Assembly (NCBI GenBank): GCA_977020255.1
Contig: CDROCS010005092.1
Coordinates: 1-64,000 of the forward strand
Source: Obrimoposthia wandeli
Taxonomy: Eukaryota
Direction of reading: 5' to 3'
DNA: 64,000 nt
Shown: positions 30,738 through 40,821 of the stretch, one piece after another
How the letters are laid out: each line of letters begins with the position of its first letter
Numbering within the stretch: the first letter of the stretch is position 1
Program-made: the position numbers and the translations under genes
The notes under the pieces: model-generated
Told to the model about the DNA's origin: nothing
The model's database searches: none
What the model saw: the letters and a program-made list of their open reading frames with translations, nothing else

Positions 30738-31304
30738 CTATTTCGCTGTTGGTGTACTGGCCTGATTTTCAGCCATTATTCTGTATAAATATATCGGTGA
30801 TTTATAAAAATCGTTTAGTGAAATCACTTTTTCGGCTTGCCATGAAGGTAAAGCAAAATTGTTACTAATGACAAAACTAACATTTGCTTGTTTCACCAAA
30901 AGTTGTTGCTCAATTTTTTGCATTGCCTGTGGGTATAAATAACAAATTAATACCGCCGCATTTGGCAGTTCGGCGCGATAAAAATCTTTGCGATACAAAG
31001 TTAAATTATCAATGGCTAATGCTTTTTTAATTAGTACTGATGCTAACCACGGTAATAAGGATAATTCATAACCTATTATTTGCCTTTGTGGTTGGTGTTT
31101 TGCCATCGGAATAACAAAGTTTCCCCAGCCACTACCCAAATCAATGATCGGCCCGGTGCCTGTTTCCTTAACCAGTTTCAACATAGCTTTAAAAGCCTTG
31201 TTTGAACTTGGCATTGGAGATATTCCTAACGCAATACTGCTATATACCAAAGATATGGCAACAAATATTGCTAGAATGAAGAATAAAATATCGAATATGG
31301 TCAA
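30738..31304 (-). CDS. Class I SAM-dependent methyltransferase with an N-terminal TM helix
   Basis: ISPMPS, IIDLGSGWG, GYELS, CYLYP and ISNNFALPSW motifs. Confidence 0.85.
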   Translation of the reverse strand: MTIFDILFFILAIFVAISLVYSSIALGISPMPSSNKAFKAMLKLVKETGTGPIIDLGSGWGNFVIPMAKHQPQRQIIGYELSLLPWLASVLIKKALAIDNLTLYRKDFYRAELPNAAVLICYLYPQAMQKIEQQLLVKQANVSFVISNNFALPSWQAEKVISLNDFYKSPIYLYRIMAENQASTPTAK

Positions 31305-31631
31305 GTCATAATTCCAAAACGAGTAGGGGGGTTAGTATTTAGTGCTATCGCTTGGCCAAAATACTATTAACTAATGTGTTCAATACGTTAACTGTGATGT
31401 TTTGCTTATGCAATGTTTTTAGTTGCGCTAATGTCGTTAAAATTATATTAATTGTTCACTATCATTTGGGTTTATATTTGCGCTTTATCAAGTATCGTCA
31501 GGCTAAGGCTATTTACTGCCTTTCATTCACTGTATAATGATGTTTTAAGAATGTTGGTTAGACTGATTCTCTGCTACGCAGTAAGTGCATTGTAGCATTA
31601 TCGGATGACCCTATAAGAGCTAAAAAATTTA

Positions 31632-31955
31632 ATGAAACCTTATGAAAATCTTGCCGATTTAATTACGACATTAGAGTCGGAAATAACATCGCTTACCGAA
31701 CAAATTTCTACCTTGAAAGAGCAGCCACAGAGCTTTAACGAGCAAGTTGTTTTTAAATATATTGATACAGGTAGTACAGGTAAAACAAAAGATTTTGTGA
31801 GATCATTAGGTGTTAAATCTGAGCGAGGATCATTATTCTCGTCAGGTGATGTTAGTAAGCTAATAAAAGATGGGGCTGAAGATATATCGCCTGAATTGCT
31901 TGCTATTGCACGCATGGTATCTAACATGAAAAATAAAAACGGTAAGTATCGTTAG
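31632..31955 (+). CDS. Hypothetical protein (coiled coil plus putative HTH)
   Basis: 107-aa ORF with heptad-like N-terminus; family not recognised. Confidence 0.65.
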   Translation: MKPYENLADLITTLESEITSLTEQISTLKEQPQSFNEQVVFKYIDTGSTGKTKDFVRSLGVKSERGSLFSSGDVSKLIKDGAEDISPELLAIARMVSNMKNKNGKYR

Positions 31956-32064
31956 TCAATAGCTCTATCGTTAGGTAAAGTAGCGTAATTAAATTCAAAT
32001 TCTGATTTTGTAATGGTGATAGCGAATCAGAATTATATTTTTCACCGAAGATAAAGAGAATATT

Positions 32065-32271
32065 ATGAGTAAAGGTATAGTTAAGTGGTTTAACGCTGAT
32101 AAAGGTTTCGGATTTATTTCTCCAGAAGACGGAAGTAAAGATTTGTTTGTTCATCACTCAGAGATCCAATCTGGTGGCGAATACGCAACATTGGCTGATG
32201 GCCAAGCCGTTGAATTTGAAGTAGGCCAGGGCCAAAAAGGTCCATGTGCAAACAAAGTTGTTGCTGTTTAA
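32065..32271 (+). CDS. Cold-shock domain protein (CspA family)
   Basis: [12 protein letters not shown] (RNP1) and LFVHHS (RNP2). Confidence 0.95.
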   Translation: MSKGIVKWFNADKGFGFISPEDGSKDLFVHHSEIQSGGEYATLADGQAVEFEVGQGQKGPCANKVVAV

Positions 32272-32364
32272 GCATTAGCTATTGTAAGTAGCCAAAGCGG
32301 AAAATAAGCTAATTTATCTCATACTGTTTCAGTTTTTATAAATGTTTATTTAGATCTTTGGTTA

Positions 32365-32398
32365 AATAGACGAGTGCGTTAGACGTACTCGTCTATTT
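32365..32398 (+). terminator. Hairpin, probable csp terminator
   Basis: AAATAGACGAGTGCG...CGTACTCGTCTATTT. Confidence 0.6.
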
Positions 32399-32741
32399 AT
32401 AAATTATCAACAGAAAAATCGACACCGCACTAGCTAATCAGAATTCAATAAACCCAGCCAAGCAAAACCAATTCAGCCCAAGCAAAAATAAACACCATTA
32501 CTTTCTTAGTCATCGACTTATTGCACAAAGGCTATGATACCGAACTGGTATATCAAGCTAACTACTTTTTTGATCACGTTAAGATAGTCTACCTAGCCAA
32601 TTCTTGCGCTGTATTTAATACCAGTAGCTCGCTATTGCTCATGTATTGCCCTACTGGTCTGCATTCATGTAAGAATCAATAACACGCCTTGAACTTGACG
32701 AGTTAGCTTTGTTGAACCTTTATTACATGAAGAGCCAGCAT

Positions 32742-33272
<531 letters not shown>

Positions 33273-33317
33273 CTATTGTAATTGCTGACGCTATTAATTT
33301 CAAAGCAATCAAATAAA

Positions 33318-33710
33318 TTAAGCGCTAACTTGTTGTTTTAACTTATCTAGCATAGCGGTCATTTGATCATTTATCATATTTAGCGCTTTGTATGGACGGA
33401 TCATTACTTTGAATTCAGTAATTTTTCCTTCCTCATTCCAAGTGATCATATCAATGCCGTTAATCTCGATATTATGCATATTTAATGAAAACTCTAATAC
33501 GGCAGAATGGTCACCATTAAACTCTCGATCGTAATTGAAGGTACCATTTAAAAAGGTATGAAATGCTGCGGTTAAGTACATGCTGACCATTGGTTTGCCC
33601 TGAATAGGAGTATGAATAACCGGAGAAAATAAGGTTACGTCGTCGGCAAGCAGAGTAGAAAGCTGATCAACAGCTTTATTTTCTATGAGATTGTGCCAAT
33701 TATTAAGCAT
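33318..33710 (-). CDS. SnoaL/NTF2-like family protein
   Basis: LADDVTLFSP and NGIDMITWNEEGKITEFKVMIRP motifs. Confidence 0.85.
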   Translation of the reverse strand: MLNNWHNLIENKAVDQLSTLLADDVTLFSPVIHTPIQGKPMVSMYLTAAFHTFLNGTFNYDREFNGDHSAVLEFSLNMHNIEINGIDMITWNEEGKITEFKVMIRPYKALNMINDQMTAMLDKLKQQVSA

Positions 33711-33766
33711 TACATCGTCCTTTTTGATTGGTTTTTATGCGTTATTGTTTAAGATGCAATTAAATC

Positions 33767-33778
33767 TGACAGCTGTCA
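33767..33778. promoter_or_regulatory. Perfect 12-bp palindrome, candidate TetR operator
   Basis: TGACAGCTGTCA between the divergent NTF2-like and TetR genes. Confidence 0.55.
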
Positions 33779-33880
33779 ATATCAAAGTTACTTAAAGTAT
33801 TTACTCGAAATACTTTAAGTTTGATGATTTTTGATAGTATGATAGAAAATCAATGTCAACGGACACAAGAAGTGGTAGCA

Positions 33881-34537
33881 ATGAAAACTAGGGACAAAAT
33901 AATTCAAGCGAGTATTGTTTTATTTAATGAACAGGGTGAACGAAACGTAACCACTAATCATATAGCTGCTGATCTTGGCATAAGTCCAGGTAACCTTTAT
34001 TACCATTTCCGTAATAAAGAAGACATTATTCTGTCTATATATGAAGAATACGCCCGTAATTTATTAATAGAAAGCATGCCTGAAGTTAGCCCTGATGTTA
34101 AACCGCTTGATGCCATTATTTTGTATATGGATGTGGTTTTTCAGGCAATGATGAAGTTCCGTTTTCTTTATAGCAACTTGCCTGTACTTTTGGCAAAGAA
34201 CCCTTTACTTCGTTATAAATACGTTGAAGTACAAGGGGTTATCGCACATCGAGTCAGCGAACTATTATTATCATTACGTGATGCTAATATGATGGAGTTT
34301 TTAGACGAAGATTTACCAGATATTGTCAGTATTTTACGCTTGGTAAACACTTTTTGGTTAAGCTTTTATCAAACACAAAATAATGATAACGACATTAATG
34401 ACGCTGTTTTTTACCAAGGCGTATTGAAAATTTTAGTGATCATTCAGCCGTATATTAGTGACAGTGCTAAAAATGAATTCTTAACAGCGCGCTCTATGTA
34501 CCGCCAACGCTGTCAAGATAGTTTAGATTCGGTATAA
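33881..34537 (+). CDS. TetR/AcrR-family transcriptional regulator
   Basis: MKTRDKII...VTTNHIAADLGISPGNLYYHF; start placed at ATG 33881. Confidence 0.92.
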   Translation: MKTRDKIIQASIVLFNEQGERNVTTNHIAADLGISPGNLYYHFRNKEDIILSIYEEYARNLLIESMPEVSPDVKPLDAIILYMDVVFQAMMKFRFLYSNLPVLLAKNPLLRYKYVEVQGVIAHRVSELLLSLRDANMMEFLDEDLPDIVSILRLVNTFWLSFYQTQNNDNDINDAVFYQGVLKILVIIQPYISDSAKNEFLTARSMYRQRCQDSLDSV

Positions 34538-34583
34538 AGACCTAGCAGTAGTTTCTTTTAGTCAATACTAAGTGAAGTCATTA

Positions 34584-35339
34584 TTAAGACTGGTAACCGT
34601 TTAAAAGCGTTTGCCAGTTTTTTTCTTGCCACTGAAAATTTGGCACTCTGACGCTTTCTTTATGAAACGACCTTAATAGCCTAGCTAAGTTATCTTCTGG
34701 CCATTTCAGCTTATTTTCACGCTGTTCACCCTGGTCAAAATCGATAAGCCAAACTTTATTATTATCATCAATTAAAATGTTATGGGCATTTAAGTCATGG
34801 TGATAAATTCTCTGCTGATGGAATGTTTTAATCACTTTGCCAATTTCTTGCCAAAGTACATCATTGATCGTGTTTTTACTGAGAATACCGACTAAGTCAT
34901 CAGCATTTTCAATACGCGATGATAATAAATCAGCACGATAAAATAGACCCTTTCTTATCACCCGAAAAGCAACAGGCTTGGGGGCAGCTAGCCCTGCTGC
35001 ACGCATTGATTTAAGTAAACTAAACTCGCGTGCCGCGCGGGTGTTTTTTATGCCGGTAAATAAATATTGATCGTTAATGACTTTACCGATTAAACCGCCA
35101 CGATAATAGTGCCTTAAAACCCAATTTTGCAATATGCCCAATGAGTTTTCTGCCGCGATAAACCATGTTGTACCGCGCCCTTGCGCACTACCGACAATGG
35201 CATTTTTTTGCTGCCAATAGTCACTATCGAGCATGTCAGGTGCTAAAGCGTTAATTTCATTACTGTCATACTGACAATAAACTTGACCTTGTTGGTAAGT
35301 TTTTTCATGACAGGGTTTTACAATTGCGGGCTGGTTCAA
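34584..35339 (-). CDS. kdkA: 3-deoxy-D-manno-octulosonic acid (Kdo) kinase
   Basis: GRGTTWF, VLRHYYRGG, HHDLNAHNIL and WLIDFD motifs. Confidence 0.93.
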   Translation of the reverse strand: MNQPAIVKPCHEKTYQQGQVYCQYDSNEINALAPDMLDSDYWQQKNAIVGSAQGRGTTWFIAAENSLGILQNWVLRHYYRGGLIGKVINDQYLFTGIKNTRAAREFSLLKSMRAAGLAAPKPVAFRVIRKGLFYRADLLSSRIENADDLVGILSKNTINDVLWQEIGKVIKTFHQQRIYHHDLNAHNILIDDNNKVWLIDFDQGEQRENKLKWPEDNLARLLRSFHKESVRVPNFQWQEKNWQTLLNGYQS

Positions 35340-35387
35340 GATAATAGGCCTATATTATATTTCTGCTCCTATTGTGGTGAATCCTTT

Positions 35388-36476
35388 ATGCTGGGTCAAT
35401 TATCTGTTCCGAAAAATTTATGTTTATTACGATTATCAGCCATTGGCGACGTATGCCATGCGGTTGCTATGGTGCAAAATATTCAACGACAGTGGCCAGA
35501 GACTAAAATTACTTGGGTTATTGGTAAAATTGAAGCCAGTTTACTCGCAGGTATGGACGGTGTTGAATTTGTTATTTTCGATAAACGTGCTGGGTTAAAA
35601 GGTTATCAAGACTTACGTCAGCAACTTAAGGGCCGAAAATTTGATGTTTTGCTACATATGCAAGTCGCTTTACGGGCTAGTCTAGCCAGTTTGTGTATTC
35701 CCGCGAAAGTGAAAATTGGTTTTGATAGTCACCGTGCTAAAGAAGGGCAATGGCTATTTTGCAATAAAAAAATCGCTGCTCAAGAACAGCCTCATGTTTT
35801 AGATGGTTTTATGGGCTTTGCGAAAGCATTGGGCTTAGCCGTGAGCGCGCCCTTATGGGAAATGCCATTAACAGATAGTGATGTACTCTGGGCAAGTGAA
35901 AAATTAAGCGCTGAAAATAGCGCGGGTAAACCTATTGCTATTATCTGCCCAGCCGCAAGTAAAGCTGAACGTAATTGGCATGCTGAAGGTTATTCGCAAA
36001 CGGCTGAATACTTATATGAGCGTGGCTTTAAAGTGGTTATTTGCGGTGGCCCCACGACCATGGAAAAGTTACTGGCTGAGGCCATTATTAGTCGCAGTGA
36101 CTTTAGTCAAGATGAGAGCGCGATACAAAACTTAGTTGGGCAAACAAGTTTGAAACAATTGCTGGCGGTATTAAAGCTAGGTCATTTAGTTATTGCCCCT
36201 GATACTGGTCCTGCGCATATGGCGGTCACCGTTGGCACACCTGTAGTTGGCTTATACGCACACAGTAATCCTAAGCGCACGGGACCCTATTTATATCCTC
36301 AATATGTCGTTAGTGCCTATGAACCGGCAATTCAGCTGCAATATAAGAAAAGCTCTGCGCAATTAGCTTGGGGCACTCGAGCTAAAGGGAAAGATTTGAT
36401 GATGCAAATTAGTATTACCCAAGTGAAGAAAACGCTAGATCGCTTAATTAACGAAAATTATGCCGATTTGGCTTAA
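35388..36476 (+). CDS. GT9 glycosyltransferase (LPS heptosyltransferase-like)
   Basis: LRLSAIGDVCH and IAPDTGPAHMA motifs; start placed at ATG 35388 to avoid overlap with kdkA. Confidence 0.9.
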   Translation: MLGQLSVPKNLCLLRLSAIGDVCHAVAMVQNIQRQWPETKITWVIGKIEASLLAGMDGVEFVIFDKRAGLKGYQDLRQQLKGRKFDVLLHMQVALRASLASLCIPAKVKIGFDSHRAKEGQWLFCNKKIAAQEQPHVLDGFMGFAKALGLAVSAPLWEMPLTDSDVLWASEKLSAENSAGKPIAIICPAASKAERNWHAEGYSQTAEYLYERGFKVVICGGPTTMEKLLAEAIISRSDFSQDESAIQNLVGQTSLKQLLAVLKLGHLVIAPDTGPAHMAVTVGTPVVGLYAHSNPKRTGPYLYPQYVVSAYEPAIQLQYKKSSAQLAWGTRAKGKDLMMQISITQVKKTLDRLINENYADLA

Positions 36477-36495
36477 GTTCGCATAAGGACTATGC

Positions 36496-36939
36496 ATGAA
36501 AAAGTACGTTACCGGTTTTTTGTTCTCAAAAGATTCCAGCCATATTGTGCTGATTAATAAAATAAATCCGCAGTGGCAACGAGGCTTATTTAACGGTATT
36601 GGCGGTAAAATTGAAATAAATGAGTCGTCGATAGACGCTATGGTAAGAGAGTTTGTTGAAGAAACAGGTGTGACAACTCAACAAGCTGACTGGACATGCT
36701 ATGCGAAAGTTGTACGACCTAATTGTTATGATGTTGATGTTTATTTCGCCCACTCAGATCTGGCTTTTACAGCAAAAACGATTGAGCAAGAGCAAGTTCA
36801 TATTATTAAGTTAATTGATTTACCTAATAACATTATTCCAAATTTACGCTGGTTGATCCCGCTAGCACTAGATCAACAAGCGGATTTTTCAACACCGGTG
36901 CTATTACAAGAAATAGCTGAAGAACGCATTAAAGCTTAG
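36496..36939 (+). CDS. NUDIX hydrolase
   Basis: Nudix box GGKIEINESSIDAMVREFVEETGV. Confidence 0.9.
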   Translation: MKKYVTGFLFSKDSSHIVLINKINPQWQRGLFNGIGGKIEINESSIDAMVREFVEETGVTTQQADWTCYAKVVRPNCYDVDVYFAHSDLAFTAKTIEQEQVHIIKLIDLPNNIIPNLRWLIPLALDQQADFSTPVLLQEIAEERIKA

Positions 36940-37055
36940 CCACACATGCCCAAGGTTATGCATGCTTAGGTTATGGATGGTTAGGTGCGCGCTGTGTCGT
37001 TATTGCCGTTAGAAAAATAAATAAAAAACAAGAATAAAAGGTAACAGGGAATAGC

Positions 37056-37649
37056 ATGAAAAGTAGAAAACTGCATAAATTAATAGGGCTGATTTTGGTA
37101 TTACCTATGCTAGGTTGGACTTTGACCGGCTTAGTGTTTTTTATTAAGCCAGGTTATCAAGGTGCTTATGAACAATTGCCGATAAAGTCGCACCCTTTAA
37201 ACCAAACGTTGAATTTGACAGCCAAAGAAAATTGGCAGGAGATTAAGCTGCTTAGTACTATTTTAGGCGATCACCTACTGGTGAAAGTGAACAATAAAAG
37301 TGAGCATTTAGATCCATTAACACTCAGTACGAAAGCGCAACCGACAGACGAACAATTTGAAATATTATTGCGTGACGCCTTTAGTCATAATGAAGCACGC
37401 TATGGTGAGATAGTCAGTATTGATGGTTTGTCAGCCAAAACAAGTACCGGAGTGCAGGTAACGCTTAATTGGCCTAGCCTAAGATTGAGCCAAAGTGGGC
37501 AAGATACTGAATTGATTAACCTACTCTATCAAGTTCACTACTTACAGTGGACGCCTTCCAAAGCAGTGAATGAAGTTTTAGGTATAGCAGGGCTAATTTT
37601 ACTGATGTCGTTAACCGTTTTAGGTGTTCGGCTTTACCTTAAAAAATAA
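37056..37649 (+). CDS. PepSY-associated TM protein
   Basis: RKLHKLIGL...WTLTG N-terminus, YQVHYLQW and a C-terminal TM helix. Confidence 0.75.
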   Translation: MKSRKLHKLIGLILVLPMLGWTLTGLVFFIKPGYQGAYEQLPIKSHPLNQTLNLTAKENWQEIKLLSTILGDHLLVKVNNKSEHLDPLTLSTKAQPTDEQFEILLRDAFSHNEARYGEIVSIDGLSAKTSTGVQVTLNWPSLRLSQSGQDTELINLLYQVHYLQWTPSKAVNEVLGIAGLILLMSLTVLGVRLYLKK

Positions 37650-37724
37650 TTACTTAGCATTACGCTGATGTGATTATTGGTGTAGCTAAGGTAAATAAGC
37701 TATTGAAATTCAATCGCTTATCAC

Positions 37725-39017
37725 CTACGAGTCTATAAGTGCGCGCAATGCCGTTAATGAGCATTGTGTTGCGCCTTGATTTTCTTGCACTACTTTATAG
37801 CTATTTCTACCTAAAGTTTGTGCGCCCGCTTTGTCGTTAAATAATTGCAGTACCTGATTTGCTAAGCTTTGCGGCATATCTTGGTTTTCCGGCAATTGAA
37901 TGATGCCTTGTGCCGAAATCAATTGCGCTAAAATCTCGGTGAAATTACTCATATTTGGGCCAACTATTACCGGCTTTTGAAATAATGCTGGTTCTAATGG
38001 GTTATGACCGCCAATTTCGTTAAAACTTCCTCCCATCGTGACTACATCAGCAAGTGCGCAGGCGGCAAGCAATTCGCCCAAGGTATCTATAATCCAGACG
38101 CTAGTCTCAAGTGTTACAGGCTGTTTTAAGCTGCGTTTTAGCACGTTATTGCCTGCATCTTGTGCGAGTTTTGCTACTTGTGCAAAACGTTCAGGATGTC
38201 GCGGTACAATAACGAGCAAGGCTTTCTTGTCTTGCTGTTTTATCCGCTCAAATGCCGTCAGTGCTAATGCTTCGTCGCCAGGGTGTGTACTAGCAATAAG
38301 CCAAACGTTACGCTTTTCTGTTAGCAAACTTTCTAGCTCTTTTTGTTTAGCGGCAAGGTCGCTATTTATTGAAATATCAAATTTTAAATTACCAGATAAA
38401 ACACAATTATCATTGTTCGCCCCCATCGCTAAATAATTGTCTTGGTTCACTTGGCTTTGAGTTAATATTTTGTCAAAACGTTGAATGGTTGGCGTGATCA
38501 ACCAAGCTAACTTTCGATAGCTGCGCATTGATTTATCAGAAAGTCGGCCATTAACTAATAATAATTTTATATCTTTGCTTTCGCATTGCGCGATTAAATT
38601 TGGCCATAGTTCTGTTTCCATAAAAATTATTACTTTGGGCTTTAAGCGCTTTAAAAATAGCTTTGTGGAAATGATGTTGTCTAGCGGCAAATAGCAATGT
38701 TGCACTTTATCACCGAAGAGTTTTTTTACTTGCGCTGAGCCCGTAGGTGTAAATGTGGTGACGGTAATAGGTAATTCGGCATAGCGAGTGATGAGCTGTG
38801 AGATAAAAGGTTTTAAAGCAATAACTTCACCAACACTGGCCGCATGAACAACGATGCCAGCTGGTTTTAGTGTGGGCGAAAGTAGCCCTAAACGCTCAAG
38901 TAATCGTGCTCGATAAGCCGGATGGTTTATCGAACGGAACAAAAGTACGATCAGAAGTAGCGGTGTTAAACATAAAAATAATAATCGGTATAAAAGCAAA
39001 GCGAGGATAAAGCGCAC
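37725..39017 (-). CDS. waaA: Kdo transferase
   Basis: HAASVGEV, ETELWPN, ASTHPGDE, VPRHPERF and GGHNPLEPA motifs. Confidence 0.95.
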   Translation of the reverse strand: MRFILALLLYRLLFLCLTPLLLIVLLFRSINHPAYRARLLERLGLLSPTLKPAGIVVHAASVGEVIALKPFISQLITRYAELPITVTTFTPTGSAQVKKLFGDKVQHCYLPLDNIISTKLFLKRLKPKVIIFMETELWPNLIAQCESKDIKLLLVNGRLSDKSMRSYRKLAWLITPTIQRFDKILTQSQVNQDNYLAMGANNDNCVLSGNLKFDISINSDLAAKQKELESLLTEKRNVWLIASTHPGDEALALTAFERIKQQDKKALLVIVPRHPERFAQVAKLAQDAGNNVLKRSLKQPVTLETSVWIIDTLGELLAACALADVVTMGGSFNEIGGHNPLEPALFQKPVIVGPNMSNFTEILAQLISAQGIIQLPENQDMPQSLANQVLQLFNDKAGAQTLGRNSYKVVQENQGATQCSLTALRALIDS

Positions 39018-39281
39018 GATATGAACTCAAGAGTTTCTAACTAGTGCTAAAGAGTATACCTAAAATGGCACTTAAAAAATCGCGCAACAGCTAAAAGTAC
39101 GATATTTGATGTTTTTATCACCGTTTATCGCTATTGTGCTAACAAGTCGTTGAGTTTACGCTCAAGTGTAAAAGGATATTTAGGTTATTTTATGGCAGTG
39201 TTAATCGTCAATATTTTGCAAAAGCAGCTGAAAACAAAAAGCTTACGAATTAAAGATACCTTGAGCGATGTATTTTGTTCG

Positions 39282-40040
39282 ATGCGACAAGTGGTTATAT
39301 GCTTATCATTACTTATTGTTTGCTCGTCGTCATTTGCTGACAAACGTGGTGAAAAATCGGTAAAAATAACAGCACTTGATGGTTTTGCCTTATCAGCACA
39401 GTTAGTGGTTGGCGCTAAAAATGCTGCGGGTGTGCTGCTATTACACGATTGTCAGCATTCAGCCGAAAATTACTCAGCGTTATACGCCGCGTTGTCACAA
39501 CAAGGGTTGCATGTTTTAGCGTTAGATCTGCGTGGTTATGGTCGTAGTCAAAACGAGGTTTATTCGCAAGAAAAAATTCGTCAGCAAGCTGATGACATTG
39601 TCGGCTATCAAGGCGGGCTAGCCGCACTGATGTTACATTGGCACAAAGATGTTTTTAAAGCCTTCCAATATTTGCAAAGCCAGATGAAGAATAACCAAGC
39701 CATTAGCATAGTGACCAGCGGTTGTAGTAGCAATCAGGCTATTTACTTAGCAGAAAAAACAGCGATAAAAAGTATCGTGATGTTATCACCAGAGTTAAGT
39801 TACGGTGACAAAGAGCAATTTAAAACTCTAGCCGATATGCCTATTTATTTGATCAGCGCCAAGCATCAAACCGAAGCTATGCTGAATGCTCTAGAGTTAT
39901 TTGATTGGAATGGTGACGGGCACTCTGTATTACAAGTATTGAAAGGTGATGCTTCCAGTTATTATTTATTAAAACATCAACCCTATCTTAATGAGCATAT
40001 TGCTACTTGGTTACATCGTACTTTAATAAATAATGAATAA
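39282..40040 (+). CDS. Exported alpha/beta-hydrolase-fold protein
   Basis: Signal peptide from ATG 39282; VLLLH and LALDLRGYGRS; nucleophile elbow degenerate (TSGCSS). Confidence 0.7.
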   Translation: MRQVVICLSLLIVCSSSFADKRGEKSVKITALDGFALSAQLVVGAKNAAGVLLLHDCQHSAENYSALYAALSQQGLHVLALDLRGYGRSQNEVYSQEKIRQQADDIVGYQGGLAALMLHWHKDVFKAFQYLQSQMKNNQAISIVTSGCSSNQAIYLAEKTAIKSIVMLSPELSYGDKEQFKTLADMPIYLISAKHQTEAMLNALELFDWNGDGHSVLQVLKGDASSYYLLKHQPYLNEHIATWLHRTLINNE

Positions 40041-40192
40041 ACCTTTAATTTTTGGGGCTTGTTTATTAAGTGATAAAGTTAAAGGTTACCGAGTCAGAAG
40101 TTATCAAGTTAAAGATCATTTAGCCTGAAGGCATTTAGTTAGCGATTATTTTGGCTATGAAAAATGCAGCCAAAGGACCTAATGTGTAAATA

Positions 40193-40621
40193 TTAGCGCT
40201 TAAAGATAGTATCAAGAATAATCGAAGAGTTTGTTCTAGCCACCCCTTCAAGTGAGCACACCATATTCAGTACTTCACTGAGTTTTTCCAGCGTACTTGC
40301 TTGTATTGTCACTAATAAATCGTATTCGCCACTGATGGAATAAATATGACTAATTTGGTGCACTTTCCTTAAGGCTAAACAAATGGTTTGTCGCAAGTTA
40401 GGGTTAACTTTTAATGACACGTTAGAGGAGATTAAACCGCTGGTATATTCACTACCAAGCACCACACTATAAGCTTCAATAACATTGTTATTTTCGAGCT
40501 TATTCAAACGATTTTGAATCGCTGTTCTTGAAACGCCTGTTGCTCTAGCCATATCAGAAACACTTGCGCGCGCGTTCAGTCGTAATATTGATAATAGCTC
40601 TTCGTCTTTTTCGGTTAACAA
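40193..40621 (-). CDS. Lrp/AsnC-family regulator (probable regulator of kbl-tdh)
   Basis: LRLNARASVSDMARATGVSRTAIQNRL HTH and YSISGEYDLL; probable TTG start at 40621. Confidence 0.9.
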   Translation of the reverse strand: MLTEKDEELLSILRLNARASVSDMARATGVSRTAIQNRLNKLENNNVIEAYSVVLGSEYTSGLISSNVSLKVNPNLRQTICLALRKVHQISHIYSISGEYDLLVTIQASTLEKLSEVLNMVCSLEGVARTNSSIILDTIFKR

Positions 40622-40694
40622 GGGCGATATTCCTAGTGTGGAAGAAAGTAAAAAATAGTTGGGTAAAAGCAAAAAACAATTTTGATATTACACT

Positions 40695-40714
40695 TTGACA
40701 TATAGATATGTCAA
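40695..40714. promoter_or_regulatory. Palindrome with TTGACA on both strands, between the divergent lrp-like gene and kbl
   Basis: TTGACATA-TAGA-TATGTCAA, perfect 8-bp arms. Confidence 0.65.
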
Positions 40715-40821
40715 TTTGACTATAAAAAAAGACAAATCATCAAGTAATGTCACTTTTCTTAACAAGTCGTCTAGGCTGATAATACCCCTATTGAAAGACA
40801 TTAACTTTTTAAGGATTTATC

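Noticed and set aside
32588-32720. Further ERIC-like copy upstream of the coaD 3' end
   Set aside because: Only short blocks match (AATCAATAAC, CGCCTTGAA) and no termini were seen; too weak to list as a feature
36953-36985. 15-bp imperfect tandem (AGGTTATGCATGCTT / AGGTTATGGATGGTT) and (CCAAG)n at about 30668
   Set aside because: Two to three short copies with no supporting context; probably slippage noise
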